A stretch of DNA of 64,000 bases from Candidatus Bathyarchaeota archaeon (GTDB lineage Archaea; Thermoproteota; Bathyarchaeia; TCS64): NCBI GenBank assembly GCA_018652685.1, contig JABIBQ010000066.1:701-64700 (forward strand), given 5' to 3'. The position numbers and the translations under genes are program-made. Below, in pieces: positions 63,043 to 64,000 of the stretch. Numbering within the stretch: the stretch's first letter is position 1; each line of letters opens with the position of its first letter. The notes beneath the pieces were generated by a model that saw only the letters and a program-made list of their open reading frames with translations, ran no database searches and had not been told where the DNA came from.

Positions 63043-64000
63043 TTATTGGGAGAGAGCCAGTAGTGCTACGGGCTCTCCTCCCACGTAGTAGACTCTAGGC
63101 GTGTTCGTGTGTAGGTGGTTGAGCAGGCTATACACCATCCACCCGGCAGTCTCAGCGGTCTTTGATAACGTGTTCTCGCCCTCCCTTCCTATGATCTCCA
63201 CGACGGTTCCCTTCTCAGCGTCAACACCTTCCAAGTCCACTAGATAGTGGTTGAGGCTCACCGAGCCGAGACTGGACTTGTATTGCCCATCAACAAGGAT
63301 ACGCCCCACATTCGCCATCTCACGAGGAATGCCGTCGTAGAAACCCGCGTGTATGGTACCTATTTTCATGTCCTTTGGTGCGATAAACTTACCCCAGTAC
63401 GTGACCCCCTCGCCCCTGCTGACCCGCTTGACATACTCGACCCGCGCCTTGAAACTGAGAACCTGCCTGAGATCAACAGGTGCAGAGAGATCTTTCTTCT
63501 CGGGGTAGACACCGTACAGGCTCATGCCGGGCCTGACAAGGTCAAGCCAACCGTCGGGGTTGTGGAGCGTTGCGTCGGTGCTGGACATGCTCCTGATTGG
63601 AACGTTGATACTCTTTGCCCTGAGCTTCTCGTCCACGGCGAGTAGCTTCGCAAGCATCTTTGGGTCCTCTGCGTTCTGCTGGAACGTAGAAAAGATACCA
63701 GACACATAAACGCCTTTCAGGTTGTAGACGTGCTCGATGAACTCTGCGGCTTCGCTGTGCCTGACCCCGATCCTGTTGAGCCCGGTATCCACCTTAATGA
63801 ACACCTTTGCATCGACTCCTAGTCTTGTCGCTGCTTCCGCCAGATTGTTTGCGTCTTCTCTGGTGTAGACGCACTGTGTGATACCATTCCCTACAACCGA
63901 GTCGTACTGACTCTCTGTGAACAGCACGTCCATGTTGAGGACATCCATCGTGATCCCTGCCTCCCTGATCTTCAGAGCTTCATACAATTTGGCCACCATG
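63043..64000 (-). CDS. alr: Alanine racemase (C-terminal ~318 codons; N-terminus with PLP lysine lies beyond the right edge)
   Basis: EALKIREAGI..., FIKVDTGLNRIGV, and the C-terminal beta-domain VSRGEGVTYWG...GTIHAGFYDG. The ATG at 63999 is most likely an internal Met. Confidence 0.8.
   Translation of the reverse strand, partial: MVAKLYEALKIREAGITMDVLNMDVLFTESQYDSVVGNGITQCVYTREDANNLAEAATRLGVDAKVFIKVDTGLNRIGVRHSEAAEFIEHVYNLKGVYVSGIFSTFQQNAEDPKMLAKLLAVDEKLRAKSINVPIRSMSSTDATLHNPDGWLDLVRPGMSLYGVYPEKKDLSAPVDLRQVLSFKARVEYVKRVSRGEGVTYWGKFIAPKDMKIGTIHAGFYDGIPREMANVGRILVDGQYKSSLGSVSLNHYLVDLEGVDAEKGTVVEIIGREGENTLSKTAETAGWMVYSLLNHLHTNTPRVYYVGGEPVALLALSQ

Noticed and set aside
1-64000. CRISPR arrays, cas genes, restriction-modification, toxin-antitoxin or other defence systems; transposases or IS elements; rRNA operons; inteins; in-frame stop (Sec/Pyl) genes
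   Set aside because: Reading both strands, I found no regularly spaced direct repeats and no matching protein signatures. Cdc48, aCPSF1 and the GRE have normal lengths without intein-like insertions.

Overview
This is a gene-dense archaeal chromosomal segment. I call 73 protein-coding genes (two cut by the window edges), 3 tRNAs (Arg-UCU, intron-containing Lys-UUU, Gly-CCC), one candidate structured ncRNA, and a set of TATA-box promoters. Many of those promoters are placed for leaderless or near-leaderless mRNAs. I saw no rRNA, CRISPR array, transposase, integrase or recognisable defence gene. Archaeal identity rests on eS24/eS31/eS25, Rpo7-Spt4, TiaS, glycerol-1-phosphate dehydrogenase, proteasome alpha and beta, Cdc48, FEN1, aCPSF1/FttA, SepF and the DUF359 dephospho-CoA kinase. 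The lineage looks like a heterotrophic euryarchaeote; Thermoplasmatota-like is only a guess and cannot be tested here. Positions 1-33 kb are mostly housekeeping (translation, transcription, proteostasis, lipid synthesis, redox repair), plus one sugar/nucleoside-type operon (GH4, PIG-L deacetylase, NUP-like, amidohydrolase_2). Positions 33-64 kb are metabolic/accessory. They hold a four-subunit 2-oxoacid:ferredoxin oxidoreductase, a compact TusA / DsrE-like / DsrEFH sulfur-relay cluster, Lrp plus hydantoinase/oxoprolinase A/B, an orphan HypC, and a divergent glycyl-radical enzyme with its activase. They also hold an island rich in amidohydrolases, D-amino-acid enzymes, MFS transporters and NUDIX hydrolases. 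The best candidates for something undescribed are: (i) the glycyl radical enzyme whose Cys loop reads GCHW instead of GCVE or CC; (ii) a ~130-nt Y-shaped RNA with its own TATA box and T-run in the 570-bp cofE-SPFH spacer; (iii) the TusA/DsrE/DsrEFH cluster with no dsrAB, dsrC or hdr nearby; (iv) the GH4/PIG-L/NUP-like operon; (v) recurrent promoter-proximal motifs (AGGGTTACC, and a TTATTACCCKCCGT block shared by cdc48 and msrB). A further oddity is that convergent genes nearly always abut or overlap, four times on a shared CTAG. All functional calls come from reading motifs by eye, not from database searches.
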